A DNA stretch of 64,000 bases from Dehalococcoidia bacterium (lineage in GTDB: Bacteria > Chloroflexota > Dehalococcoidia > GIF9 > UBA5629), in the NCBI GenBank assembly GCA_034436215.1, contig DAOTVU010000069.1:15918-79917 (forward strand), read 5' to 3'. The number at the start of each line of letters is the position of its first letter. Positions within the stretch are counted from its first letter, which is position 1. Below the pieces are notes generated by a model. It made no database searches. It was given only the letters and a program-made list of their open reading frames with translations, and was not told the DNA's origin. This document shows, piece by piece, positions 1-8,488 of the stretch. The position numbers and the translations under genes were made by a program.

Positions 1-1347
1 CCGTATTTCTTCTATTGTTTGGCTTAGTTGTGAATCAATACCTATCTCTGAAGAAATTTTTTCACATCCGTAGATGACTGTGGAGTGATCTCTGTTACCT
101 AAAGCTTTGCCTATCTCTGATAAATTGCTATGATTTTGTTGCCGCATAATGTACATAGCGATGTGACGGGCTTTAGAAGTAAGGAGGTCGCGTTTTTTAC
201 CCGTGATATCTTCGGGAGAGAGAGAAAAGTAGTCTGCTACAACATTGATGATTGTGGTTGGTGTATAGGAACCCGGCTCCTTGGATCCAGATATCATATC
301 CTTCAATATCTGGCTGGCTAAGGCAACATCAAGTGAATTGCCGTTCATACGGGTATAGGTGGCCAATCTTATCAGGGCACCTTCAAGCTCTCTAACACCC
401 TGATAAAAATGGGTTGCCAGGAAACTCATTATTTTCTCATCTAATTTGATGTTCAACTGGTTGGCTTTTACGTCGAGAATAGCTAGGCGAGTTTTATGAT
501 CTGGAGGATAAATGTCGGCAACCAGCCCACCCTCAAATCTTGAGCGGAGACGCAGGTTAATGGCATTTATCTCTTTTGGTGAGCGATCGCTGGTTACAAC
601 TACCTGACGCCCATCCGACAGAAAATCGTTAATTATATGCAGCAAGCATTCCTGTGTCTGGGTTTTACAGCTTAAAAATTGGATATCGTCTATCAGCAGC
701 AGCTCTATATAGCTAAACTGATTTCTAAAATCCTCTATTTTCTGATTGCGCAGCGAGCTGATAAAATCGTTGGTAAATTGCTCGGCGCTGATATAAAAAA
801 TAGGCACTCGATGTGTGACTGCTACGTGGCCTATAGCATGTAGCAAATGGGTTTTACCGATGCCCGTGCCGCCATAGATATACAGCGGATTGAACAGCTC
901 GCCGGGATTTTCGGCGATTTCAATGGCTGCTGTGTATGCTAGCCGATTGCAATCACCCGGAACGAAGCTGTCAAATGTGAATTTGGGGTTTAGATTGTAG
1001 GTTTTTAAGTGTAATTCTCTTTCTTTCAGGCTTGTACCGCCGTCCGGTAAAAGCTTTGAGTGAGCAACGGATTTGGGGTCATATGTAATAGATTGTACCT
1101 GGAATTGCACCGTGATATTTTGTCCGGTAATAGAGCACAAGATGCGGCTTACCAGGGAATGCAGTCTGTTTTTCAACCATTCGGCTACAAAAACACTCGG
1201 GACAGCGACAGTAAAAATGCCGTTGGAATAATCTATCCCTTTTGTATCTTTTAACCAGGTATTGTAATTAGCCTTATTGACCTGGAGTTGTAGCTGCCCA
1301 AGTGCAGCCTGCCATATTTTTTCAGCCTCAATACGCACTTTATCCAT
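1..1347 (-). CDS. dnaA: Chromosomal replication initiator DnaA (3' end truncated by window start; start ATG at 1347)
   Basis: Reverse translation gives MDKVRIEAEKIWQAALGQLQ... at the N-terminus, the Walker A and box motifs GTGIGKTHLLHAIG and LLLIDDIQFL, and the C-terminal HTH region RDLLTSKARHIAMYIMRQQ. The frame stays open to position 1. The ORF track missed it because no stop lies inside the window. Confidence 0.93.
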   Translation of the reverse strand, partial: MDKVRIEAEKIWQAALGQLQLQVNKANYNTWLKDTKGIDYSNGIFTVAVPSVFVAEWLKNRLHSLVSRILCSITGQNITVQFQVQSITYDPKSVAHSKLLPDGGTSLKERELHLKTYNLNPKFTFDSFVPGDCNRLAYTAAIEIAENPGELFNPLYIYGGTGIGKTHLLHAIGHVAVTHRVPIFYISAEQFTNDFISSLRNQKIEDFRNQFSYIELLLIDDIQFLSCKTQTQECLLHIINDFLSDGRQVVVTSDRSPKEINAINLRLRSRFEGGLVADIYPPDHKTRLAILDVKANQLNIKLDEKIMSFLATHFYQGVRELEGALIRLATYTRMNGNSLDVALASQILKDMISGSKEPGSYTPTTIINVVADYFSLSPEDITGKKRDLLTSKARHIAMYIMRQQNHSNLSEIGKALGNRDHSTVIYGCEKISSEIGIDSQLSQTIEEIR

Positions 1348-1348
1348 A
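1340..1348. promoter_or_regulatory. DnaA-box-like 9-mer TTATCCATA, 8 of 9 matches to TTATCCACA, overlapping the dnaA start codon
   Basis: Read directly from the sequence at 1340-1348. Confidence 0.35.
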
Positions 1349-1526
1349 GAAATAACGAATACAGGTGCCTGAAAAGGGTAAAAACATCCCCCACAATATA
1401 GAAATTGCAGACTTTAGTTTTTACAGTATTGCGAAGTTTAGCGTCTGCCGGTTAATTTCCGTGGCACCCCTCCCGAAAACAATAAATAGGTTACCACAGC
1501 GGCACTTTAACCTGTCAATAGTTATT

Positions 1527-1555
1527 TTGACATAAAGAAAAAAAAGACTTAAATT
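1527..1555 (+). promoter_or_regulatory. Sigma70-type promoter for fmt: TTGACA, 17-nt spacer, TAAATT
   Basis: Shape -35 TTGACA (1527-1532), A-rich 17-nt spacer, -10 TAAATT, about 14 nt before the fmt start codon. The 16-mer ttattttgacataaag recurs at 41054. Confidence 0.5.
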
Positions 1556-1568
1556 TTACTCCTGTACG

Positions 1569-2504
1569 ATGAATGTAGTATTTATGGGGTCACCCGCATT
1601 CGCAGTGCCCGTTTTGCATGCGCTTATGTCTAATAAGTATGACATAGCTGCTGTTTACACACAGCCGGATAAAAAAGGGGGACGGGGTCAAAAATTGCTG
1701 GCCTGCCCCGTTAAAGAGTTCGCTGTGAGTCATGGATTGACAGTGGTTCAGCCGGAAACTTTACGTAATCCCGACGAAATAGCGAAATTGAAGGAATTTA
1801 AGCCGGGCCTGATAATAGTAGCAGCCTATGGTCAGATTTTACCTGAAGCTGTACTGAATATACCCCAGCACGGCTGTCTTAATGTGCACCCATCCCTGTT
1901 GCCCAAATACCGGGGCCCGTCCCCCGTGGCGGCTGCCATTTTGAATGGGGATACCTTTGCGGGTGTAACAATTATGTTAACTGAAAAAAAAGTTGATAGC
2001 GGGCCGATTATAAGTCAAGAAAAGATGGTGATAAACGATGAGGATACCACCGGGACTCTTACAGAAAGGCTCTTCCAACTGGGAGCCGAAGTGCTTATTA
2101 AAACCCTTCCGGATTGGATAGCCGGCCGAATTATACCTGAAAAGCAGGATGAAAAACTGGCAAGTTATACCAGGATGACGGTAAAAGAAGATGGGAAACT
2201 TGACTGGAGTTTACCGGCAGTTGACATCTGGCGCAGGATAAGGGCTTATCAGCCATGGCCGGGGTGCTTTACCTTTTATAAAGGTACAAGACTGATTATA
2301 GCAAAGGCTTTACCTCTGGAAATGTTTTCTGATGGCGAAGTGGGTGAAGTATTGAAACTGGCAGACGGCGGAGCGACAATGATCGTGGTACGCACCGGTC
2401 AAGGCTTGCTCGAACTTTTAAATGTACAACTGGAAGGCAAGCGATCGATGACGATTAATGAATTTGTAGCCGGGCACAAAGATTTTATCGGCAGTATTCT
2501 TTGA
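1569..2504 (+). CDS. fmt: Methionyl-tRNA formyltransferase
   Basis: 311 aa. The N-terminus MNVVFMGSPAFAVPVLHAL and the motif HPSLLPKYRG are typical of Fmt. Confidence 0.9.
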   Translation: MNVVFMGSPAFAVPVLHALMSNKYDIAAVYTQPDKKGGRGQKLLACPVKEFAVSHGLTVVQPETLRNPDEIAKLKEFKPGLIIVAAYGQILPEAVLNIPQHGCLNVHPSLLPKYRGPSPVAAAILNGDTFAGVTIMLTEKKVDSGPIISQEKMVINDEDTTGTLTERLFQLGAEVLIKTLPDWIAGRIIPEKQDEKLASYTRMTVKEDGKLDWSLPAVDIWRRIRAYQPWPGCFTFYKGTRLIIAKALPLEMFSDGEVGEVLKLADGGATMIVVRTGQGLLELLNVQLEGKRSMTINEFVAGHKDFIGSIL

Positions 2505-2575
2505 CTTAATTTGTAGTGTGAAATAAACTAATTAGGTAAATTAAGATCAATTTCAGGATACAGGAGTATATATAG

Positions 2576-3280
2576 ATGTTTTTTGATCCACTTTATCTTA
2601 TTATAATGGCCCCGGCCTTGATATTCATGATTTATGCTCAGATTAAGGTCAAGTCAACCTTTAATAAATTTTCGAAGGTCTATAATCAGAAAGGAATAAG
2701 CGGAGCACAGGCTGCTGTACAGATGCTAAGGGCAAATGGTTTGGGTGATGTGCCTGTAGAGGTTATAGGAGGCAAATTAACGGATCATTATGACCCCACT
2801 AAGAAGGTACTGAGGTTATCTCCTGATGTAGCCAATACCACCTCTGTCGCGGCGGTCGGTGTGGCTTTGCACGAAGTTGGTCATGCAGTTCAACACAAAA
2901 CCAAATATGGCTTTATGGGTATACGTTCTATACTTGTACCTGCAGCTAATATAGGTAGCACGCTGGGGTGGATATTGATCTTCCTGGGGCTAATTCTGAT
3001 GGGTCTTTCCCAGGCTTTTGGCAGCTTTGTTGCCACTCTGGGCATATTGCTGTTTTCGGCCGCTGTGCTTTTTACTCTCGTTACTCTTCCTGTTGAGTTT
3101 AATGCCAGCGACCGTGCCAGAAAAATGATAAAGGAGACGGGTCTTCTTATCGGACAGGAATATGAAGGTGCAAGTGCGGTGCTTTCAGCCGCAGCACTTA
3201 CATATGTGGCCGCAATGCTTCAGGCCGTTGCACAGTTGCTATATTTCGTTTTAATCGTGTTTGGTGGACGAAGAGATTAA
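2576..3280 (+). CDS. Membrane-associated zinc metallopeptidase family protein (Zn_peptidase_2-like, HExxH)
   Basis: 234 aa with a HEVGHAVQH motif, an N-terminal TM helix and C-terminal hydrophobic segments. Confidence 0.7.
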   Translation: MFFDPLYLIIMAPALIFMIYAQIKVKSTFNKFSKVYNQKGISGAQAAVQMLRANGLGDVPVEVIGGKLTDHYDPTKKVLRLSPDVANTTSVAAVGVALHEVGHAVQHKTKYGFMGIRSILVPAANIGSTLGWILIFLGLILMGLSQAFGSFVATLGILLFSAAVLFTLVTLPVEFNASDRARKMIKETGLLIGQEYEGASAVLSAAALTYVAAMLQAVAQLLYFVLIVFGGRRD

Positions 3281-3317
3281 TTCTAAATAATAATGAGTTT
3301 AAAACTGGTGATGTATC

Positions 3318-3355
3318 GGGTCAACCGGCGGAAGTGTGGTTGACCTTTATTTATT
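3318..3355 (+). terminator. Rho-independent terminator: GGGTCAACC, 11-nt loop, GGTTGACC, then TTTATTTATT
   Basis: Perfect 8-9 bp inverted repeat followed by a T-rich tract, just after the stop of the metallopeptidase gene. Confidence 0.7.
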
Positions 3356-3379
3356 ATCGTACGTGTTTAGAGATTAAAT

Positions 3380-4177
3380 ATGAAACATAATCGAGATGAT
3401 TATAGCAAAGAGGAACTGGGTAAATTTGAAACTTTCAAAAATATCGTAAAGAGACTGCGTTCAACCGATGGTTGTCCCTGGGATAAGAAACAGACCCATG
3501 GATCTCTCAGACAGTATCTGCTGGAAGAATGCTACGAAGTGCTCCAGGCTATTGACGATAACAACTTGGATGATTTGTGCGAAGAATTGGGAGATCTATG
3601 GCTTCAAATAATGTTGCACGCACAGATTGCAAGTGAGAGTGGTGAATTTGAGATAGAAGATATCCTGTGTAAGATTAACACTAAACTGATCAACCGCCAT
3701 CCACACGTGTTCGGCAGTGAAAAAGTCAACGATGCTGAACAAGTTACAGCAAACTGGGAAGAGTTAAAAGGGAAAGAAAAAACTGGAACGGATTCGATTT
3801 TATCAGGAGTACCTTTAGAGATGCCTGCACTGGCGGCAAGCCAGTCACTCCAGAGAAGGGCTGCTTCGGTTGGGTTTGACTGGGAAAAACTTGATGACAT
3901 AATCGATAAGCTGACTGAGGAAATAAATGAATTAAGAAACGCAAGTGATATAAACGAGCAGGAAAATGAGTTTGGCGACATCTTATTTACGCTTTCAAAT
4001 ATAGCACGCAGGATGGATATCGAGCTGGAGACAGCTTTGCGAAGGGCGAATAAGCGTTTTGTGAAGAGATTTAATTATATTGAGTGTGTATGCCAGGGAA
4101 AGGGACTGGATTTAAATAAACTCACTCTTAAGGAGATGGACGCTCTCTGGCAGGAGGCCAAATTCAACCTTAAATAG
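3380..4177 (+). CDS. mazG: Nucleoside triphosphate pyrophosphohydrolase MazG (tandem MazG domains)
   Basis: 265 aa with two EExxE/D-containing MazG repeats (EELGDLWLQIMLHA, EFGDILFTLSNIARR). Confidence 0.85.
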   Translation: MKHNRDDYSKEELGKFETFKNIVKRLRSTDGCPWDKKQTHGSLRQYLLEECYEVLQAIDDNNLDDLCEELGDLWLQIMLHAQIASESGEFEIEDILCKINTKLINRHPHVFGSEKVNDAEQVTANWEELKGKEKTGTDSILSGVPLEMPALAASQSLQRRAASVGFDWEKLDDIIDKLTEEINELRNASDINEQENEFGDILFTLSNIARRMDIELETALRRANKRFVKRFNYIECVCQGKGLDLNKLTLKEMDALWQEAKFNLK

Positions 4178-4616
4178 TCTGATCGCAATTACTGGACGAA
4201 GTGCGAACCTTTTTTGGAGGTATAATCAAAAAGCGTGGAAATAGTCAGCGGCAGCGAGTACTCTTTCTGTAAAATGAAAATAAACGCAGAAGGAGGTATT
4301 CACCACCGCCATGAGAAAGCAAACCACAAAAGGGAGCCAAACGTCAAATGTATTCTGGGATAACCTGGAAGAAGTGATACGTATTAACCCTGAGCTGCGG
4401 GACTATTGTGGTTCGCCGTCCCAGGATGAGGGGACTGGAGCGAAGATTCGAGAGCCGTGTGTTGCCACTGTTTGCTGTTTGCCCGGAGGACCGGTGCAGT
4501 TAACCGGCTTCTTCCTCAATTGTATCCTGAGAGAAATCAAATTTTGCCTTCGGCACGGAGCCGGAGGCGACGCGAGCGAGCAAACAAATTCCCCCAGAAA
4601 TAACGAAAGTCTTGTA

Positions 4617-4693
4617 TGGTCGGGGAGAGAGGACTCGAACCTCCGACCTCAGCGTCCCGAACGCTGCGCGCTAACCAGCTGCGCTACTCCCCG
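4617..4693 (-). tRNA. tRNA-Pro, anticodon CGG
   Basis: The reverse complement folds as a canonical cloverleaf: acceptor CGGGGAG/CTCCCCG, D-arm GCGC-AGCTGGTTA-GCGC, anticodon stem CAGCG/CGCTG with loop TTCGGGA (anticodon CGG), T-arm GGAGG-TTCGAGT-CCTCT, discriminator A and an encoded CCA. Confidence 0.92.
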
Positions 4694-4754
4694 CACGGGC
4701 TAATAATTATAGACTGCTTTAACTTTTGCAGCAACAATTGTAAACTAATTAACC

Positions 4755-5948
4755 ATGAAATTTTGTGTTGTTATTATGGATGGAGCATCAGGTTGGCCGT
4801 TGCCCTCTCATGATAACAGGACATGTCTCGAGCTGGCGCATACCCCTTATCTGGACAAGATGGCGAGAGAAGGTTATATGGGCATGGCGGTAACCGTCCC
4901 GAAAGGCATGGAGCCAGGCAGTGCACCTGCCTGTATGTCGGTAATGGGATATGATCCAGCGAGATATTATAAGGGCAGGAGCGCTATTGAAGCACGAAGT
5001 ATGGGAATTCCGCTCGAACCGGGATCGGTGGCATTTCGCTGTAATTTTGTTACGGTTATTGACGGAAAGATGGCCAGTTACAATGCCGGTCATATAAGTA
5101 CTGAAGAATCAGAACAACTTATCAGGGCATTAAACGACAGTCTGGGCACAGAAAGTTTACATTTTTATACGGGTGTTAGCTACCGTCATATTTGTAAAAT
5201 CAATGGCAGAGAAGAATTAGCTTCTATTGTTTGCACGCCTCCACATGATATCAGCGGTAAATCGATCGGAGACTATATACCTACCGGGGTTGGAGCGGAC
5301 TATTTGCTCGAGTTAATGGAGAAGTCGAAGGATATTTTAAAAAACAACCCTGTAAATACCGCTCGAATAAAGGCAGGTAAGCTACCGGCAAACATGATAT
5401 GGCTCTTCTGGCCCAGCGGGCAGATACCCGACATGCCGTTATTCAAATCAAAATACGGTTTGGATGCAGCTCTAACCTCCGGGGTAGATCTGTTGCGTGG
5501 ATTGGGGATGATGCTGGGAATGGATATACTTGATATTCCGGGTGTTACAGACCAGCTTAATAATGATTATGCGGGCCAGATAAATGGGGCTTTGGCTGCT
5601 TTAAAAAATCGGGATATCGTTTTTGTACACATAGAGGCACCGGATGAGATGGGCCATAAAGGTTCAGTAGAGGAAAAAATACAGGCTATTGAATATATAG
5701 ATAGCGAGGTTATAGCCCGTATAGGTGTATTAAAAGATAAGGATCTTAAGGTTCTTATAATGCCGGATCACCCTACACCGATAGAGATAAAAACTCATTT
5801 TGCCGAACCTGTTCCTTTTCTTATTTGGGGTGGCGCTACCATACCGAATGGTTGCCGCAGGTTTACGGAGGCAGAAGCAAAGCGCACCGGTGTTGTGATT
5901 GATCCGGGGTATAAACTGATGGAGCAATTTATTATTAACAATATATAA
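4755..5948 (+). CDS. Cofactor-independent phosphoglycerate mutase, archaeal type (apgM family); proposed non-canonical homoserine kinase
   Basis: 397 aa, N-terminus MKFCVVIMDGASGWP and the metalloenzyme-superfamily/PhosphMutase pattern. It sits immediately upstream of aspartokinase and is co-directional with it. Confidence 0.8.
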   Translation: MKFCVVIMDGASGWPLPSHDNRTCLELAHTPYLDKMAREGYMGMAVTVPKGMEPGSAPACMSVMGYDPARYYKGRSAIEARSMGIPLEPGSVAFRCNFVTVIDGKMASYNAGHISTEESEQLIRALNDSLGTESLHFYTGVSYRHICKINGREELASIVCTPPHDISGKSIGDYIPTGVGADYLLELMEKSKDILKNNPVNTARIKAGKLPANMIWLFWPSGQIPDMPLFKSKYGLDAALTSGVDLLRGLGMMLGMDILDIPGVTDQLNNDYAGQINGALAALKNRDIVFVHIEAPDEMGHKGSVEEKIQAIEYIDSEVIARIGVLKDKDLKVLIMPDHPTPIEIKTHFAEPVPFLIWGGATIPNGCRRFTEAEAKRTGVVIDPGYKLMEQFIINNI

Positions 5949-5969
5949 ATTCTGAAGGTGATATTTGAG

Positions 5970-7187
5970 ATGGCATTGATAGTACAAAAATATGGCGGCA
6001 GTTCTGTTGCCGATGCGGAGAAAATCCGCAATGTGGCTCGCAGAATTGCCGGTGCATTTGACAGGGGAAATAAAGTGGTAGCAGTGGTATCCGCTATGGG
6101 CGATACCACAGATGAACTGATCGAACTGGCCAGGCAGATAAGCCCGGATCCACAGCCGCGCGAGATGGATCTGCTTCTTTCTACCGGTGAAATCGTATCC
6201 TGCACGCTGCTGGCTATGGCGTTGCACGCTATAGGTTATCCTGCTGTTGCTTTGAGTGGGCCTCAGGCGGGGATTACAACGGATTCGAGTTTCAGTCGTG
6301 CCAGAATTACGCGCATTGAGCCTAGGCGCATTATTAAAGAGCTTGATAAAGGAAATATCGTCATTGTCGCCGGCTTTCAAGGGCTGACAGAAGATAACGA
6401 CATTACCACACTCGGTAGGGGAGGCTCGGATACTACAGCGGTGGCGCTGGCCGCCAGTCTTAGAGCCAGTATATGCGAAATATATACTGATGTCGAGGGA
6501 ATCTTTACTGCTGATCCGCGTATAGTCCCAGAAGCCGTAAAGCTTGATGAGATCGGGTATGAAGAGATGCTCGAAATGGCTACTTCAGGTGCAAAAGTGA
6601 TGCACCACCGATCGGTGGAATTGGGACAGGTGTACAATATACCCATACTGGTAGCATCGAGCCTTATCGAAAAGCCGGGTACTATTATTCATGGAGGACA
6701 GAAAATGGAAGCTCGTAATAAAGTCAGGGGAATAGCACATGATTTAGATGTTGCCAAGATAACTGTAATGGGTGTACCTGATAGGCCTGGCATTGCGGCG
6801 GCTATTTTCACGCCGCTGGCAAAAGCGGGGATAAGTGTTGATACAATTGTTCAAAATGCCAGTGCTAACAATATAACCGACCTCACTTTCACCGTAAGCA
6901 GGAACGATCTCAATAAAGCTATGGAGATTATAAAACCTATTGTTAAGGAGATCGGGGCGCGAGAATATACCAGCGATGCACGGCTGGGCAAGGTATCCAT
7001 AATAGGGACCGGTATGCAAAATACACCGGGCTATGCGGCCAAAATGTTTGAAACGTTATATAAACAGGGTATAAATATACTACTGATCACCACATCAGAG
7101 ATCCGAATAACCTGTATAATCCAAGAAGATAGGGTCAAAGATGCCGTAAGGGCTCTTCATAAAGCTTTTGAGCTTGATAAAGGGTAA
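5970..7187 (+). CDS. lysC: Aspartate kinase with tandem C-terminal ACT domains
   Basis: MALIVQKYGGSSV amino-acid-kinase N-terminus with two ACT repeats. I chose the ATG at 5970, which has the RBS GAAGGTGA 8 nt upstream, over the ORF-track GTG at 5958. Confidence 0.9.
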   Translation: MALIVQKYGGSSVADAEKIRNVARRIAGAFDRGNKVVAVVSAMGDTTDELIELARQISPDPQPREMDLLLSTGEIVSCTLLAMALHAIGYPAVALSGPQAGITTDSSFSRARITRIEPRRIIKELDKGNIVIVAGFQGLTEDNDITTLGRGGSDTTAVALAASLRASICEIYTDVEGIFTADPRIVPEAVKLDEIGYEEMLEMATSGAKVMHHRSVELGQVYNIPILVASSLIEKPGTIIHGGQKMEARNKVRGIAHDLDVAKITVMGVPDRPGIAAAIFTPLAKAGISVDTIVQNASANNITDLTFTVSRNDLNKAMEIIKPIVKEIGAREYTSDARLGKVSIIGTGMQNTPGYAAKMFETLYKQGINILLITTSEIRITCIIQEDRVKDAVRALHKAFELDKG

Positions 7188-7188
7188 C

Positions 7189-7413
7189 CTAAACTGCTAT
7201 TACCTCTTTAACACCTTCAAGCTTCTCTTTGAGAAAACGTTCTATGCCGCGTTTGAGTGTCATGGTCGACATCGGACAACCAGAGCATGCTCCCTTTAGT
7301 CTAACGCTTACGACGCCATCTTTAACATCTACCAGTTCTACATCGCCACCATCTGCCTGCAGGCTTGGCCTGATGATATTAAGGACTTCTTGAACTTGAT
7401 CTTTCATTAACAC
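7189..7413 (-). CDS. NifU-like Fe-S cluster assembly domain protein (Nfu C-terminal-type)
   Basis: 74 aa with the CxxC motif GACSGCPMS characteristic of the NifU C-terminal domain. Confidence 0.8.
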   Translation of the reverse strand: MLMKDQVQEVLNIIRPSLQADGGDVELVDVKDGVVSVRLKGACSGCPMSTMTLKRGIERFLKEKLEGVKEVIAV

Positions 7414-7649
7414 ACCTTCTTGTTGACTAAATTTGAATTACATGGTAATTTAGCACCGCTTGAAAAGCCTTGTCAACTGATTAAATTATTATTAGGTTAG
7501 CAAATTTATTGATATGTTAAAACAACTTTTATCACAGAGGCTTTACATCAAGTGCAGGTATAGCGAGTTTGCTCTGAGCTCAAAGTTGAGCTTTAATAAT
7601 ATATTTGCATAAATTGTGATAATTGCTATGATGGAAGCGAGGCATTGCA

Positions 7650-8486
7650 ATGCCGTCTGAAGAAGATAAAGCCAGGATCTGGCGTAATAAGATTCAGGAA
7701 GCTATAAAGCTTGCCAACGAAAACCGCTGGCAGGAAGCGGTTGCTGCCAATGAAAGCATTATTGAAGTTTTTCCGACAGATGTGGATGCTTATAATAGGC
7801 TGGGGCGGGCTTATATGGAACTGGGCAATTACAAAAAGGCCAAAGAATCATACAGCAAGTCGCTTGAGCTATCGCCTAATAACACTATTGCCAGAAAAAA
7901 CCTCGAGAGGCTGGCTCTGCTGAATGGTGTAAATATCACGAAAAATGAGCAAAGGCGTAAGCTTCCACCCAGTGCATTTATTGCTGAAATCGGTAAAGCA
8001 GGGATGGTCAATCTTATAGAACTGGCTCCGCAAAACGTTCTGGTAAAAATGACGCCGGGTGAGCAGGTATTTCTTAAGTTACGCAATCAAGATACAATTG
8101 TAGAAAATTATAAAAATGAATACATCGGTCTGGTTGAGCCCGAACACGGGCTCAGGCTGGCTAAATTGATCAAAGGAGGCAATCAGTATATAGCTGCTAT
8201 TGTTAGTATGGATAATGGCAGAGTTAAGGTCATTGTCAGGGAAACCTTTCAGCATCCAAGCCAAAATGGCAAACTTTCATTTCCTGTCAAGGTGGCCGAA
8301 TCGTATGCACATGTTAAGGATAGCCTTCTTCGGCATGGCGTGGGCGAAGAGGAGGGGCTGGAAGAGATCGAATATGCCGAATCAGACGAAACCGAGCCTG
8401 TGCCTGAAGGGTTTTCTATATACGAAGGTTACACAGCTCCTGAAGATATCCAGCAGCTTGATACCACTTTTGAAGATGAGGAGTAA
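7650..8486 (+). CDS. TPR-repeat protein with a strongly acidic C-terminal tail
   Basis: 278 aa. The N-terminus has TPR-like repeats ([28 protein letters not shown]) and the last 45 residues are about 45% D/E. Its stop is 3 nt before the gyrA start. Confidence 0.7.
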   Translation: MPSEEDKARIWRNKIQEAIKLANENRWQEAVAANESIIEVFPTDVDAYNRLGRAYMELGNYKKAKESYSKSLELSPNNTIARKNLERLALLNGVNITKNEQRRKLPPSAFIAEIGKAGMVNLIELAPQNVLVKMTPGEQVFLKLRNQDTIVENYKNEYIGLVEPEHGLRLAKLIKGGNQYIAAIVSMDNGRVKVIVRETFQHPSQNGKLSFPVKVAESYAHVKDSLLRHGVGEEEGLEEIEYAESDETEPVPEGFSIYEGYTAPEDIQQLDTTFEDEE

Positions 8487-8488
8487 TT

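Noticed and set aside
130-1254. ORFs 130..321 (+) and 1060..1254 (+)
   Set aside because: They are antisense to the strongly supported dnaA coding sequence.
1348-1568. Calling the dnaA upstream spacer an oriC
   Set aside because: Only one good DnaA box (8/9) is present, and no cluster of boxes or AT-rich DUE repeats was seen. It is better described as a divergent promoter region.
3604-3981. Minus-strand ORFs inside mazG, and similar antisense ORFs inside lysC, gyrA, the histidine kinase, fusA, secY and pnp
   Set aside because: They are embedded antisense to well-supported genes and show a Ser/Leu/Pro-rich composition typical of shadow ORFs.
4440-4520. Possible SRP (4.5S) RNA because of a GGAAGAAGCC string on the minus strand
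   Set aside because: The flanking sequence does not form the conserved domain-IV stem, GNRA tetraloop or symmetric loop (no ..GGAA..GGAAGCAGCC..GGCAG context). The resemblance is too short to call.
4311-4813. ORF-track CDSs 4311..4703 (+) and 4616..4813 (+)
   Set aside because: Both run through the tRNA-Pro(CGG) gene on the opposite strand. The products are low-complexity (Pro/Gly/Cys-rich). The second also overlaps the well-supported apgM-like gene in another frame.
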